The notes under the pieces are model-generated. The model was not told the origin of the DNA. It searched no databases and saw only the letters and a program-made list of their open reading frames with translations. A DNA stretch of 64,000 nucleotides. It comes from Schizochytrium sp. TIO01. Taxonomy: Eukaryota > Protista > Bigyra: Labyrinthulomycetes. Each line of letters starts with the position of its first letter. The first letter of the stretch is position 1. The translations under genes and the position numbers were made by a program. Shown in pieces: positions 1 to 12,300 of the stretch. The DNA lies in contig SMSO01000036.1 of the NCBI GenBank assembly GCA_004764695.1, positions 1,922,001-1,986,000 of the forward strand. Reading direction: 5' to 3'.

Positions 1-2523
1 TGGGCGCCGGTATGCAGGTAGTATTGCCAGGGTGAGAAGAGTGAGTTTACGAGGGGTTGCTTTCATCTGCTGTTTTGGAGTGACTTGAACTTTAGCTAAA
101 TGATGTTTGTATGACTTTGATTAAGTGCCAATCACGCGAGCTCGCTATTTCGAAGAATTCAAAAGAGATGCCTGCTGGTATTTTTAGGAGGCGCATGCAT
201 TATGTGAGGTTGGGTCACTTGGGCCTGGAGCTAAATGTCTCAGAGCAAAGTCCCAAAATGGGCGTTTATTTAATTGCGAGTTCACACTGAGGTGAGAGGA
301 AACCAGCGAAACGAAAGAGAAACTAGCGAAACGAAAGAGTTGTTAGAGAAGTTAATGTAAAACAAATGAGGAGAAATGCAAATCCAAGGTACGAGAAGAT
401 CTATGATAGCACTACCCGCTTGGTTTCAACAGATAGGCTAAAAGTTGCCATAAAACATGGCATGGAGTGGCCAAGGAGGTATGCAACGTTCTAACAAATG
501 TGAGACAATCTCCGAGGATGTTATATCGGGTTGATTGGCTGGAGACATACAGGGTGAAAATTAGTTAAAGTTCTCTTCCAGCAGATTTTATTGATCTCTA
601 TCAAGGGGGAAAAGAAAGGGGGGAGAATCAAAGAAAAAAAACATGATTTATTTGGTTTTCGTTTCGTTTTGTTTCGTTTACATTAGCACAGAAATATTTT
701 GTTTCGACACCTAACGCATGAGCCTTGGGGCTTATCGACAAATCGACCTAAGGGGTGAAAAGCAACAACAATTTTACAGGACGATTCGGTGCGGTCACAT
801 AAATTCACGGCAAGAGAGATTTGTAAGAAAGCATTGATAATCAATCTATAGCAGCAAAGTTAGCGAGGGGCTTGTATCCATCGTTATCCGAAGAGAAGGG
901 TGGCAACGATCACAAGTCCATTAAGAGCGATGAGAGGCACTGTTGTTGTTTTCATCAAAATAAATAAATACGTAATAAGAAAGTGAGTTTTGCAAACACA
1001 TTGGTTTACGTATTTGACACATGCCAAAAGTTAGAATCCACAAGTATATGGCTTGATTTTCACAAAAGGAATGAGTCGTTACAGATAAACGTACTTCGTA
1101 AATACCTCACCGCGTGTAAAAGGCCAGCTATTTGAGCCTTAACGTTTCCTTGCTCGCTTGCTTGGTGGTCTACTACGTTCAGACCGTCTGTGTAGTAAAT
1201 TTGGGATAAGAATGAACAACTGTTAGATACTCTTCTGGACGTAATAAAGGTGTTGATCTCAACACATTTGTGTTATCCTCCACACCCAGAATATACAAAA
1301 CAAGAAATTACAGGAGAGTATCTCTTTTGCTAGATCCGACTTACATTTTGCGAGGAAGCGGTCCTCATGAAGCACTGCAAGAGCATTAATGCAGAGCAAA
1401 CCTGCTACGAAAATGTTCCAGATGGAAAGGCCCATCTTGGCTATTTAATCCTGAGAGTGTATGTTTACAAGGGAAAGACTGCTCCACGTAAGCAGACGAA
1501 GGATATACCCTCCGCAAGGTCGTCGCGCCTAGATCATTTGCGATTAAACAGCAAGCACAGAATTGCAACGCAACTCACAACCGAGACGACGTAAACGGGA
1601 AGTAGGCAAGGCAAAACAAAGCAAGAACACCGTGCCACGTCGGCATGCCCGTTAGTGATCCAGCCTCCAAACTAGCTGACTGCTCCTGGCAAAGTGAGGC
1701 CTTATTACCGTGCCATAGCAAGCCGCCTCGTTGAAACGTACGAGCTTTATATTAGTCTTTTGCGTCGCTGTTCCGATGCAGCCCGCGTTTGCAGTCTGCA
1801 GGTGAGCAAGCTGCTCGCTCTGTAGTCGAGGCTGACGCAGGTGTTCTGCAGAAGAAAGCAGACAAGCGAAGAAGAACGAGCCGACTGTATAAACCACTAT
1901 AACTGTGAAATCCCAAGTGAACTATACAACCCCTCAAGTGGGTTATAAGTTGTCTATACTCCACCTTGCAAAAGAGGCCTCCAACGGCAAGTGGAGAATG
2001 GCAAGTCCGCTATGGAGACTAAAGTGAACTATTCCTCTATTCTTCACTTGCGATACTGCTATCTTATAAGAAGATACTCGATAATCTCGACAGTAGTAGG
2101 GTACCTTACACGGTAGGTAGTTAGAAGATACAAAGCGAGAGACTATCAATGAGAAAAAAGAAACGAGAGTCGTAGTGAGGAGACTCGGTTTAGTCTATTG
2201 CAATGTGCTTGTACAAGTGAGTTATTGAGTTCACAATAAGTGAAACAAATGAAACAAGTGAAACAAATGAAGCAAGGCCGAAGGAATAAAATGAATGAAT
2301 GAAAAGAGTTGAGTTGAGATGGAATGGAAGGAATGAACGAACGAAACGCAGCAGCGTCGGAGCCTCCATTTCTAGGACTCGCAATCCATTACCACTCCTC
2401 TCCTGCTCCGCACGACTATACTCCTCTTGGAGCATCTGGACTGCGTCAGGCTGTCGAGGTTCGGTCTTGCGCCGTCTTCTCACAGCCTCGTCTCCAGCCG
2501 CCTCTGCCCGCCAAAATATCGCG

Positions 2524-5232
2524 ATGAGCAGCAAGCGCCCTCGCGACGCCTCCGTCAGCGACAACGTTGACATAAAGAGCCCCCCCAACGACGAAAACGC
2601 GGAGGCCAGTAGTTCCAACCAAGAGTCCCCGTCCTCCAACTCCAAGCGTGATCAAGCCCCGAAGCGGCAACGTCTCCACGACGACGAAGACGACGATGGC
2701 GACGATGACGATGCTCGGAGGCGGCAAGCGAATGAAACTGGCGCCGATGGCGGTGACGATGACGATGACCTGATGATTCAACGTGCCTTCCGCCGCAATG
2801 ACGCAAAGGCGACGCGAATCAAGCTTCTAACTGTGAAGGTTGGCCAGAATGCCTTGAAGGAAGAGTCTGCGCAGAAGCTTGCAGACCAGCTGCGAATGCT
2901 TGCCAAGGCTTTCGAGCCTGATTTCCAGGATTACGGCGACGTGAATGTCGCGGCACTTGTGGAGGCAGGAGGAAGCTTTGGATGGAAAGCACCAGTGTAT
3001 GGTACACTCGCGGGACTCTTGCCAACATCACTGCAGATGGACGCAGCAAGATGTGCAGAGAAGAGACTGCTCAAATGCATTCGAGGACAAACTCAGTTCC
3101 ATTCGCAAGCAGGAGTTGTACTCAGGCTTCTCTGTGAAATGTGCAATGCAAACGTTGTAGCGCTAGAACCTCTCGTGAAAACTATGGATGTTCTTTTAGA
3201 AAACGGGCTCGCTTGGATCGTTGTCAGAGCACTCCCATGGCTAAAGTTTGCGAGAGGAGACTCAGATGTCCGGAAGCAGTCCGTAAATGAAATTGTCAGC
3301 AAACTCGATGCAATGTCAGACGACGCTGCGCCCGGATGGAAAGAAGCCAAGCTGCTGCTAGAGCCTGGAAACCTTGAAGGAGCACACCTTATTAGGCCGT
3401 ATGAGAATGATGATGTGCAAAAGGTCCTCTCGCATGCGAGATCGGAGGATGCGCCGTGCATGCTGGAGACGCTGACTGAGAAGCTTGAGGAGGTGATCAA
3501 GGCAAACATGGAGGACAAATCTATTCCGGAACAGTTAAACCTTAGATTGTTCGATGTAGCAGGAGAAAAAGTTGTTGAACATCAGGCAAAACATATGCAG
3601 GATGGAAAGATTTTAGACATGGAGCAAGAAGAGGCGAAAAGTGGACTTCAACTGGCACGGGAGATGACTATTGAAAGCCTTCCGCCTCAGGTGCGGTGGA
3701 TCATGAGGCAATATGTAGAGGAAGTCTTGCATGCATATTACCCTCATGTGGATGAGGCAGTAGAAGGCCTATTGGAGTTTGGGGACGGACGCAAGTATGA
3801 CCATTTCATGTTTGAGAGCGCGCTTAATGTGCTTGCTCAAGGCACAGGAAACGCTATGTTTATCAAGCGCATTCTGATCGAACTAACTAAGATGAAGTTT
3901 GGATCTCGCAAACGCAAACGTTTCGCAGTAGTTGCAGAAGACGCAGTGGATGCGATCATGGTTCTTTTGCCCTCACTTCCTGCAACGGCGGTGGACGCCT
4001 TTGCAGAGTGGTTCTCCTTTCATCTTAGCACGGTGAGTCCGCAGTGGCCTTATGGGAAATGGGACCACCTCGCCGATGCTGAAGATCGCGACATAAACCC
4101 GCGCTGCCTCTTTTTGCGACGCGTGCTCGAGCTTCATGCAAACATGAGCTTGCGCGATAACTTATTGGAAACAGTGACTGCACCTCTACGCCAGCATTTG
4201 CTTGTCGGCGAGCGTAGACCCAAAAGTCGATTTCTTCCCGAAACCGGTGCCCCTTCACTTGAGGGCCTGGGTGCTGCTGATGTAGCCGATTTTGTGCGGC
4301 AAAAGCCTGAAGAAGACGAGTTTCGTCAATGGTTCAATGGTAAGGCAGAGAGATTGTCCGTAGCGGACCGCGCCGAATGTCTTCTTCATGGTGTTTTGCT
4401 TGCAGGGCAAGCAACTTTCACCCATACTACACGTGCGCTGGAACGTGTTTTGCCAGTTGTGAAGGAAATCATCGAAGCCAGTGGTGTGCAACCTTTGGAA
4501 ATTGCAGCAATGGCACATTCCTTTTGGGGTACATGCACGCAATGGAGTGCATTTGTGCTGTATTCTTTGGTCCGTCTTCAAGTACTGACTGCAGAAGAAC
4601 TTGGTGCATACTGTTTGACTAAGGTCGCAAAAGATAGGTATACAGAGTGGATGTTTCATCTTCTGCAAGGTTTGCTCGATAGCCGCAAGCAAGAAACTGC
4701 AGCACTGATGGGCCTTATGCGATCTACTCAAGAACAAATGAAAAATGCTGAATCTGAAACTCTGCCGCCTGGTAACCTGGAACGTTTGCAGCACCTCATT
4801 GAGGTAAACAGTGAAGCGGATAAGCTCTGAGCATCGGGAACAGAATACTCGTACTAGCGTTTTTTATTTTTTCAACCTCTCTCCTTCTCTTCTCTCTGAT
4901 AATTTTGTTTCTGTCGTCACAATTCGTTGGAACCATAGGAGCTTATATGCACATGTGATAGCCGAAGAAACAAAACCCCACATACACAATTACATACCTT
5001 GACCTTCTCCAAATTCTCTTTTGCTTCTTTCTTCTATTATTTTACTAATATGCGCCAGTTGTTGTGGGTAAGAGAACGATGCGAGAAGAGACTTAGGTTC
5101 ATGGAAACAATGAACCTATCATCATTTCTGAAAACACAATTTGCAACCCCCAAAGATTTATTCAAACCTACTTCTAGACATACATACCTACATAGATACA
5201 TATACCTACAGCCGAACTTTTTGATCTTTTAA
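2524..5232 (+). CDS. NCBP1: Nuclear cap-binding protein subunit 1 (CBP80, MIF4G repeats); probable exons 2524-4803 and 5059-5232
   Basis: Basic N-terminal NLS MSSKRPR at ATG 2524. CBP80-like motifs KAPVYGTLAGLL, FAEWFSFHLSTVSPQWPYGKW and TFTHTTRALER. Donor GAG|GTAAAC at 4804, branch TACTAAT ~5043, acceptor CAG 5056-5058, phase-0 join to LLWVRERCEKRLRF. The 3' exon is less certain than the identity. Confidence 0.85.
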
Positions 5233-5466
5233 TTTGTTCACCTGGATGTTTCATTATCAGCAGATCTCCACCTCTAGCCATACAAACACAGGCAGAATTC
5301 CCTGTGATGTTGCATATTCTAAATAAATAAAAGGTTCCAAATGAATATCTTGGGCGTTTGTTCTTATAGTTTTGAAAACTACAAATATCTTGTTTGTAGA
5401 GTAATAAAATGAAAATGTAGCTTATTTACATGCTAGTAGATTGGAAGACAGCAATACATATCTCCT

Positions 5467-7770
5467 TTACAATATATCAACTTCGTTTTCTTCGTCATCT
5501 CGAAACCCAGCCTCTTGGTCAGCATGCCACCGCTTTAGAATCGCATCGGCATCAAGTTCGCAAAGGAACTCGTCAATCTCACTTACAATGCTCTGGCTTA
5601 AAGTATTACTACGTTGTTGATGGTTTCTCCGGGAAGAACAAAGAGAATAAGGAGCCGGAGTCTCTAGGATAAAATTATTAGCGCTGATCTTCTGTGCACC
5701 TCGATTGCCATCTTGATTGCTATAACAATTATCTTCAAGCTCACTATCATTTCTCACCAAGGCATCTGATCTGGCTTGAAGAAAGACTAAAGTGTCATTC
5801 TTATTCTCCTCCGTGCTGTTTAAATTCAGGTCGATTTGCTCTTTTGAATCCTTGAAACATGTACTTGAGATCTCGAGGTCTCTTTCAATAGATTCTTCTA
5901 TCGAAACAACATCTTTTAACACCATGTTGGCACCATTTAGACTGGTACTTGTCCATCCTCTCTCAGTTACGTAATAAATGGCGTTATCAGACGGTAAGAT
6001 ATTAATGTAGCCTCTCGCGTGCCTTCTCGTTGGAGGAGGCGCTAATGCGTTAGCAATACTACTAGAACTGCTGCTGTGTCTACGCTTTGTGCGACCAAAT
6101 CGCCTACGCCGTCGATCGAGAAGGAAATTTGAGGACCTCTCCTTCGTTGACCGAGATGTCTTTTCTGGTTTACATGAGTTTACCACTGTTCCTGAGGAGA
6201 TATCAGGGGCATCAACCATAGTGGCATAATGGCGCTGGTCTAAACAGATTTCAGATTCCTCGCCTTCGCTATTAATGCTGCAGGTGTTGCCTTTGTCAAT
6301 TTCATCAGAATCTCTACTCTGCAAATAAGTGCTAGCCGATGATTCTGACGATGATGAGAAAGTCGTGGGGTTTGTCCCACTCCGGTCAATCTCCTGTAAT
6401 GGCATCGGACTTTCATGCAGGCCAACTAGAGCCATAGATCGTAAAAGTGCAGCTTCCTGTGAGGAGGGTACAAGAGCAAGTGCAGCTTCAGCGTCTACAA
6501 GTGCAGACCGGTTGTGATCAGCATTAAATCCAAGGCGCGCTCGGACAACGTAAAGGCTACATTTTGCATCACGAATTTCATTGTGAGCTTGAGAAATGAA
6601 TGACTCACGGGCCTGAACTGTATTTAAAGTGAGCTTATCCCAGTCATTGACTGGAGGCGTGAAAACGGACCAATGCCGCAGAGTCTCTAAAGATGCAGCA
6701 ATTTTCCGGCCAAAAGAGTCGAACATCGCCTCGTCGTCCGTACGCTTTTGCCAGGTTGCCTCTAGCCTCATGCGCAAATTCTGTGCACCACCCACGGCAT
6801 GCCGAACATCTAACAGATATGTTTGGGCCCGAAACAAAGCTTCCGCTGATTCACTGGAGGATTCCAAGAGACTGTGTTCATGTACTGAAACCACTTCGCC
6901 TTCACATCCGGCACTTGATAGCTGCACAGTATATTCGCAGCTCACTTGGTGCGCTAATATCCGAACATTGATGACCAAGCCTTCTCGCACGAGCCATGCA
7001 CCCCGATCAGGCTCATCGATCTGCGATAGAATAACTACTTCATCACCAAGCTTGAAAGTTGCAGCCAGTATAGACCCGCGCCGCTGCTGACAGATTCGCG
7101 CATCGCTGAAGCTGAATCCACGTTTGGCACCAGGGTCGATAATAACTAATGGCTCTAATTGATCTAGACCGCCCTCCTCAGCTTCGGGATCTACGCCATC
7201 GTCCTGAAATGCTAGGTCTGGATCGTACTCGTGGTCTTCTCCAAGTTCTTCGTCGCGGTCTTCCAGAATATCCGCAGAAGTTTGCGAAACCCATGGAGAA
7301 GGACTTTCAAAGTCCTCATTAAGTATGGCACTAATATTCGATGACGTCGAGCTTCCCATTGAGCTGAAGCGGAACGAATCATGTTCTCGTGCCGCACTCA
7401 TCTTGAAGTCTTCCATGTCCATGCTACGTCTTGACTGAGAAATTTCTCCAGTGCTGGTTCTGCGAGTCCGTGCTCGACGTTGCACCTCTCCTGGCCTTGC
7501 ATTTGCAGCTTTAGTTCTTGTCACCAAAGAGTTCAATGAGGATGTTGAACCCGAGGAGTCCCTTTGTGCTGAGTATGATGTCCCTCTCGAGTTTGTCTCG
7601 ACTTCGATGCTGTCTTCTCGTGATCTGTGATCTCGCGAGACTTCTGTACCAGACACTGTGGCACGCCGTGCTCGAGGGGTTTCTGCCAAGTCCAGCTGTG
7701 GCCAGCGTAGAGAGCATGCGTCGTCCCCGCTCCGAAAAAGAGGCCCTCCGCTCGCGGCCATGCTCAGCAT
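5467..7770 (-). CDS. Hypothetical 767-aa protein with a TPR-like segment and long disordered termini
   Basis: Uninterrupted ORF. SLYVVRARLGFNADHNRSALVDAEAALALVPSSQEAALLRSMALVGL fits a TPR pair. Confidence 0.7.
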   Translation of the reverse strand: MLSMAASGGPLFRSGDDACSLRWPQLDLAETPRARRATVSGTEVSRDHRSREDSIEVETNSRGTSYSAQRDSSGSTSSLNSLVTRTKAANARPGEVQRRARTRRTSTGEISQSRRSMDMEDFKMSAAREHDSFRFSSMGSSTSSNISAILNEDFESPSPWVSQTSADILEDRDEELGEDHEYDPDLAFQDDGVDPEAEEGGLDQLEPLVIIDPGAKRGFSFSDARICQQRRGSILAATFKLGDEVVILSQIDEPDRGAWLVREGLVINVRILAHQVSCEYTVQLSSAGCEGEVVSVHEHSLLESSSESAEALFRAQTYLLDVRHAVGGAQNLRMRLEATWQKRTDDEAMFDSFGRKIAASLETLRHWSVFTPPVNDWDKLTLNTVQARESFISQAHNEIRDAKCSLYVVRARLGFNADHNRSALVDAEAALALVPSSQEAALLRSMALVGLHESPMPLQEIDRSGTNPTTFSSSSESSASTYLQSRDSDEIDKGNTCSINSEGEESEICLDQRHYATMVDAPDISSGTVVNSCKPEKTSRSTKERSSNFLLDRRRRRFGRTKRRHSSSSSSIANALAPPPTRRHARGYINILPSDNAIYYVTERGWTSTSLNGANMVLKDVVSIEESIERDLEISSTCFKDSKEQIDLNLNSTEENKNDTLVFLQARSDALVRNDSELEDNCYSNQDGNRGAQKISANNFILETPAPYSLCSSRRNHQQRSNTLSQSIVSEIDEFLCELDADAILKRWHADQEAGFRDDEENEVDIL

Positions 7771-8312
7771 CCTCTAAGGACGAAGCAGTTGCGGAGTGCG
7801 CTGTAGAGACCATCGCGAGCTTGGTCAGAACCTGCCAAGAAATCAAGAGTCTCGCGATATCCGTAGTATCTTAAAGTGCTTCAGGTCTAGCTCGAGTCTA
7901 TCCAAGAGTCAAGACCCTGGGCTGCAGTTCCTGTTTTGATCAAGTGATTGTCGGCGCTTGTGAAAATGTCCACTAGCCATAGTAGGCAGTACCTACCTAG
8001 CTGGTACCTCGTAGCACATGTGTTTAAAAAGAGGCTCCTACCTACGTAGGTATTGGCTAAGCATTTTCCTTCGAGTCGCTACTTCGGGCGAATGGGCTTC
8101 CGAAGAAGATCAAGAAGTTGCAAGAAGAAATGAAGAAATAAACGCTTCTCGATTGAAAGTGACTATTTCATTGAGTTAGAAAAAAAAAAAGAAAAATTAT
8201 TATGAGCGAAATAATTCGGAAAGCGAAAAGAAATGCCGCTTCAGAATACCAGAGCACGCAGAAACTGGAGGAGATAGCAACGCCGGCAAACAAATTGGGG
8301 AACGCCATGCCG

Positions 8313-8518
8313 CAGCAGATATGAAGCCGGATGTAGTAGTGAGTTGGTGTTGGCGTGGGCTTGGGCTTGGGTCATTCAATCCAAGGTTTCCGCAACGATC
8401 GAGCCAAAGGCCCGGCTCGATCGCTTGCATGCGCCGGGTCGCTTTTCGTTGCACGTACCGGACGGATTCGACTTTGAGCCATAAGCAACCTCCGGTGAGA
8501 GGGACATAAATCTAGCTG
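8313..8518. other. GC-rich intergenic island with strong hairpins (candidate structured RNA or cis element)
   Basis: Perfect 10-bp stem CGATCGAGCC 8396-8405 / GGCTCGATCG 8414-8423, extended by GCAA/TTGC. Second stem ACCGGA 8457-8462 / TCCGGT 8491-8496. The ends can pair (CAGC-AGA-TATG / CATA-TCT-GCTG). Confidence 0.35.
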
Positions 8519-9345
8519 AAATGAAGCAAATATCTAGTGGCGCCTCGAAAAAAATTAGGAGAGTGCGATGTGAAAACTCAATCTTGCCAAAACATAGCAA
8601 GTAATGCACGAAAGGAATGCTGATAGGCCAATGGTGCAGAAAGAGAAACCCCTTTTAAAGATGAGGACAGCACGTGCAGATTGCATAGGACTTGTGTATA
8701 GAGGTGGTCGCCAAAGACCTGCACGCGCCATAAGATACGATATTACGGGAGACAATTATGGAAGAACATGCTGCTGCTATTGCCTAGCCTTTCTGTGTAG
8801 ATTAAAAAACACAAACTCATTAGGAAAATGATGCAAACTAAGACATCGAATACGGAGTCGCCTCAGGTATGCATAAAGAAATATAACAAAAAAATTATCA
8901 TCCTGCTGAATAAAATTGTTGCTAGTGAATGCCCAATTCCCATTTCTTATGTATTGCCTCTGATATTTACACCTGCATGGCTTAAGCTTCGAAGTGAACA
9001 ATGAAAGGAGAGAAATGAGCGATTATTGACTGCGAATAAGTGAGGTATGGGGATACATAGAGTGCGCTGAAAATTGATCTAGAGCCACGGCTGAGAAGGC
9101 AAACGCAGGAGTTTACAGCTTCTAAACTATGAAATCTGAACTAAATTTTACGATGATATTAAGTGCACAAATGGGGACTATCAATTCATACAAGTATAGT
9201 TTGGCAAATTCCATTTTTAGGAACCAAAACTATTCGGGACAGCGCTTTGTTTGTATAGAAAATATATATCAGCTCAACAATGCTTATTAATGCGAAAGAT
9301 GTAAAGTACAAGTTAAGAGAATCTATTAAAATAGCATATAACAAA

Positions 9346-12300
9346 TTATAGGTTCTGTACATCTTCGAGAGACAGACCCTCGTAGCAAGTGAGACCATCC
9401 GCATTGACTAGTGAATCGTCAGCACCCTTATTCATAAAGTACTCTGCAAGAGCATCAAATCCATATGCCATGCAGTAGTGCAGTACTGTCTGGCCATTGA
9501 GGTTCTGAGTGTTTATATCAGCACCACGACGGAGGCAGAGCTTGGAAATGCGCTTGTTGCCATTTTGGGCAGCAATGGACAGCAACGTATTGCCCAATGC
9601 ATCTTTGGAGTCGATGGGGAATGTGCAGTCTGGATCTTTGAAGTACTCGTCGATCTCCTCGTATTTTCCATGACGACACCAAGAGAACAATTTGTCAAGA
9701 TCCTCCGCAAGGCGTTGCTGATCAGCAGCCTGAGCACGCCTTTCAGCCAAACCAGCATGGTCACCAAAGAGGCCTCCTGACTGATCGTCGCCTTTCTCAT
9801 CAACAAAGAGTGAAGGAACGAAGGAGGTAGTATATTTATCCTTACCATCAGACCATGGATCAAAGCCGCTATGCTTCCAGTCTTTAATAATATTACGCGG
9901 CTTGACAACACCAACAGAAGTTGCTTCGTTGAGATTTGGCAAAGAAGGTAGATAGTCTGCATGCTGCTTGGCTGTATGCGGCTTATATACTGAGTTAACA
10001 AAACCTTCAGGCAAGGCCATACTAGAATGAATAATTTGACCCCGGGACTTTGCAACTGCTGTTCCGGTTGCAGTCCAGTATTTCCCTTGGCCAGCTGGTT
10101 CGTGAGTGTCAAACTCCTTGTCCATGTCATCCTCACTATCGCTACAGTCGTCATCACTAAGATCAGAATCGTCCGAATCTTGGTCTGGGTTTTTATCGCT
10201 TTTCGTGTTGACAGCGTTTGCCTTGGCAGCTTCGCTAAGCTGCATTTCTTGTTCATCGGGTGTTGGAGTTGGCCTGACTTTTGATTTTGAAGATGAAGGA
10301 TAGGGGCCCTTGTGACGAGGCGTAGCTACAAGCAAGGGAATGTCACTCTCGTCTCCTTCTCTTTCCTCTTCACGACGAGTTATCTCTGAATCCTCCTCTA
10401 CAATCGAAATACCTTCTTCATTCAGCTCTGGGAAATTTGCGTGGGCTTCTTCATCATATTCCTCTTCTGTATCGCTGCCATTGGGATGTGAAGGCGCTTT
10501 GGATGAAAATGAGCCCAACATTCGCGTGCGTCCGCCATTTGACAAATGCGAAGAAGGAGAACCAGGCCTCTGTCTTTGTTGTTTCTTGCCGAGGCCAATG
10601 CCAAGCCCCAGACCCATGCCAAGCTTTAAAAGGTCATCCGCAGAGAAGTCCTTGTTAGCTGCATACTGCTTAGTCATGGCGGTCTGCAATGCAGTTTGAA
10701 TAGTGGTCAAAAGCTGCGCGTGGTCATCGTCATCATCATCGGTTTCGCTTGGTATGCCTTGCAAAGATAGAGACGTCCTCCGATTCTGCGCCATTAAGGT
10801 TGCATGTTTTGGTGAGGATGGGCCCACTCCTACGGGCAATGCTGCAACATTGGACGATGCCTCTCCGCTGTGAGAATCATCATTGTTACCCATAGAAATA
10901 GGCATTGGGGCTTCTGAGCCGCGGTCACGTGTTCTGGGCTGAGTCTTCTCCTCATCATTTTCGCTTCCACTACCAACATCTACTACCTGATTGCCACCCT
11001 GCTGCTGCTTCCTTTTCTTTTGTCTCTTGCATTTCTCGCGCCGCTGCCGTTTAGCTTCCGCCCGCTCCTCCTCTATACTAAGGAGTGGTGCTGTACCCTT
11101 GAGCACAGAAGTTTGACCCACACGATCACGAAATCGTTTATCTAAAGCCCGCCGTTTCTCTTCAGCGCGACCAATTTCTCGAGCAAACTCTGGCTCCTGA
11201 TCATCTTCTTCTTCGCCTTCTCCTTCTTCATAATTCTTTAGCATGTGCTGTCGCATACGCATTTGGGATGGTGGCTTGCGTTTTCCTCCAAGAGTATCAC
11301 TGAACTTACGACGCTCAGATTCTGTAGTTGCCTTGTAAGGCTCTTCAATTAGAGGACGGTCCTCGTCATCGTCTTTCATATTGTTCAAGTCAATTAGTGG
11401 AGATTCCCAGAAAGTCTCTCCAGTTTTGCGGTTAAACCAATAGGGAACACCCTCTGCAGTCCGAAATTCTTCAATGTGAGGTGTTTGAAAGTATGCGAAT
11501 GACCTATATACACGCATTTCTAGAATTCCCAACAAAGCATCATGTTTCGCTTTTACCATATACAAGCCAGGGTCTTGGCGGCCAAGAGTTGTAAAACAGC
11601 AAGTAGAATTACTCGATGCGACAGGGGATACTAACAAATGAAAGTAGTCAAGCAAAGTTAATTCACGCGTTGAGGGAATGCAAAAGGGGTAGTCTGGACC
11701 AGCATTCGTTGTGATGGCTCCTCGAATGCCGGGTTTATTTGTCACAGCAATATCTGCAGATGGTACAAACTCATTGGTCTCTACTTTGCTCTCGACAGGT
11801 TGACTTGGAGCAACAGCGGTGGTTCGAAATCCAACATCCTCAACCTCACCGGTTTGCACTTCGCGATTTGTCCCATTTGTGTGACGAACTTTATGATCAT
11901 CGAGTCTACGGACGTAGTCCCCTTCTAAATACCTTTGCCATTGAGAGTCATGATGGCGTTTTGTGAGTTCTCCATTAAACACCTTGAGTCGTAGACTTTC
12001 ACTGAGATCTTCTTTCTCTTGCTCACGCTCAAGGGTTAGCTTCTCGTGCACCGCTGCGCTTGCAACAATACAGGGGGGTAAACGAGTGTTTAGTGCTGAC
12101 ACAAGAGGGGAGTAGCTGCATCCCATACCTCCTGTCTCTGGCGGTACAAACGATTTAAACGTTAGAGATTGATCCAAAACTCCATCTTTGTCTTGGAATT
12201 CATCGTACTTTTTCTTGATTGGGGCAATACTCATCTTGGAGGTGACCACGAATTTACCATATTGAGCACAAACGGCGGTAGTAACCTCCTGTGAAAGGAT

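Noticed and set aside
1-2290. Short ORFs and direct repeats (AGCGAAACGAAAGAG x2 at ~305-340; 9-bp units at ~2235-2275)
   Set aside because: No coding signature or TE termini. Treated as ordinary intergenic or intronic slippage.
2299-2523. 75-aa N-terminal extension of the NCBP1 ORF
   Set aside because: It starts in a GAAT/AATG-repeat region and is not CBP80-like. ATG 2524 gives the expected NLS-first start.
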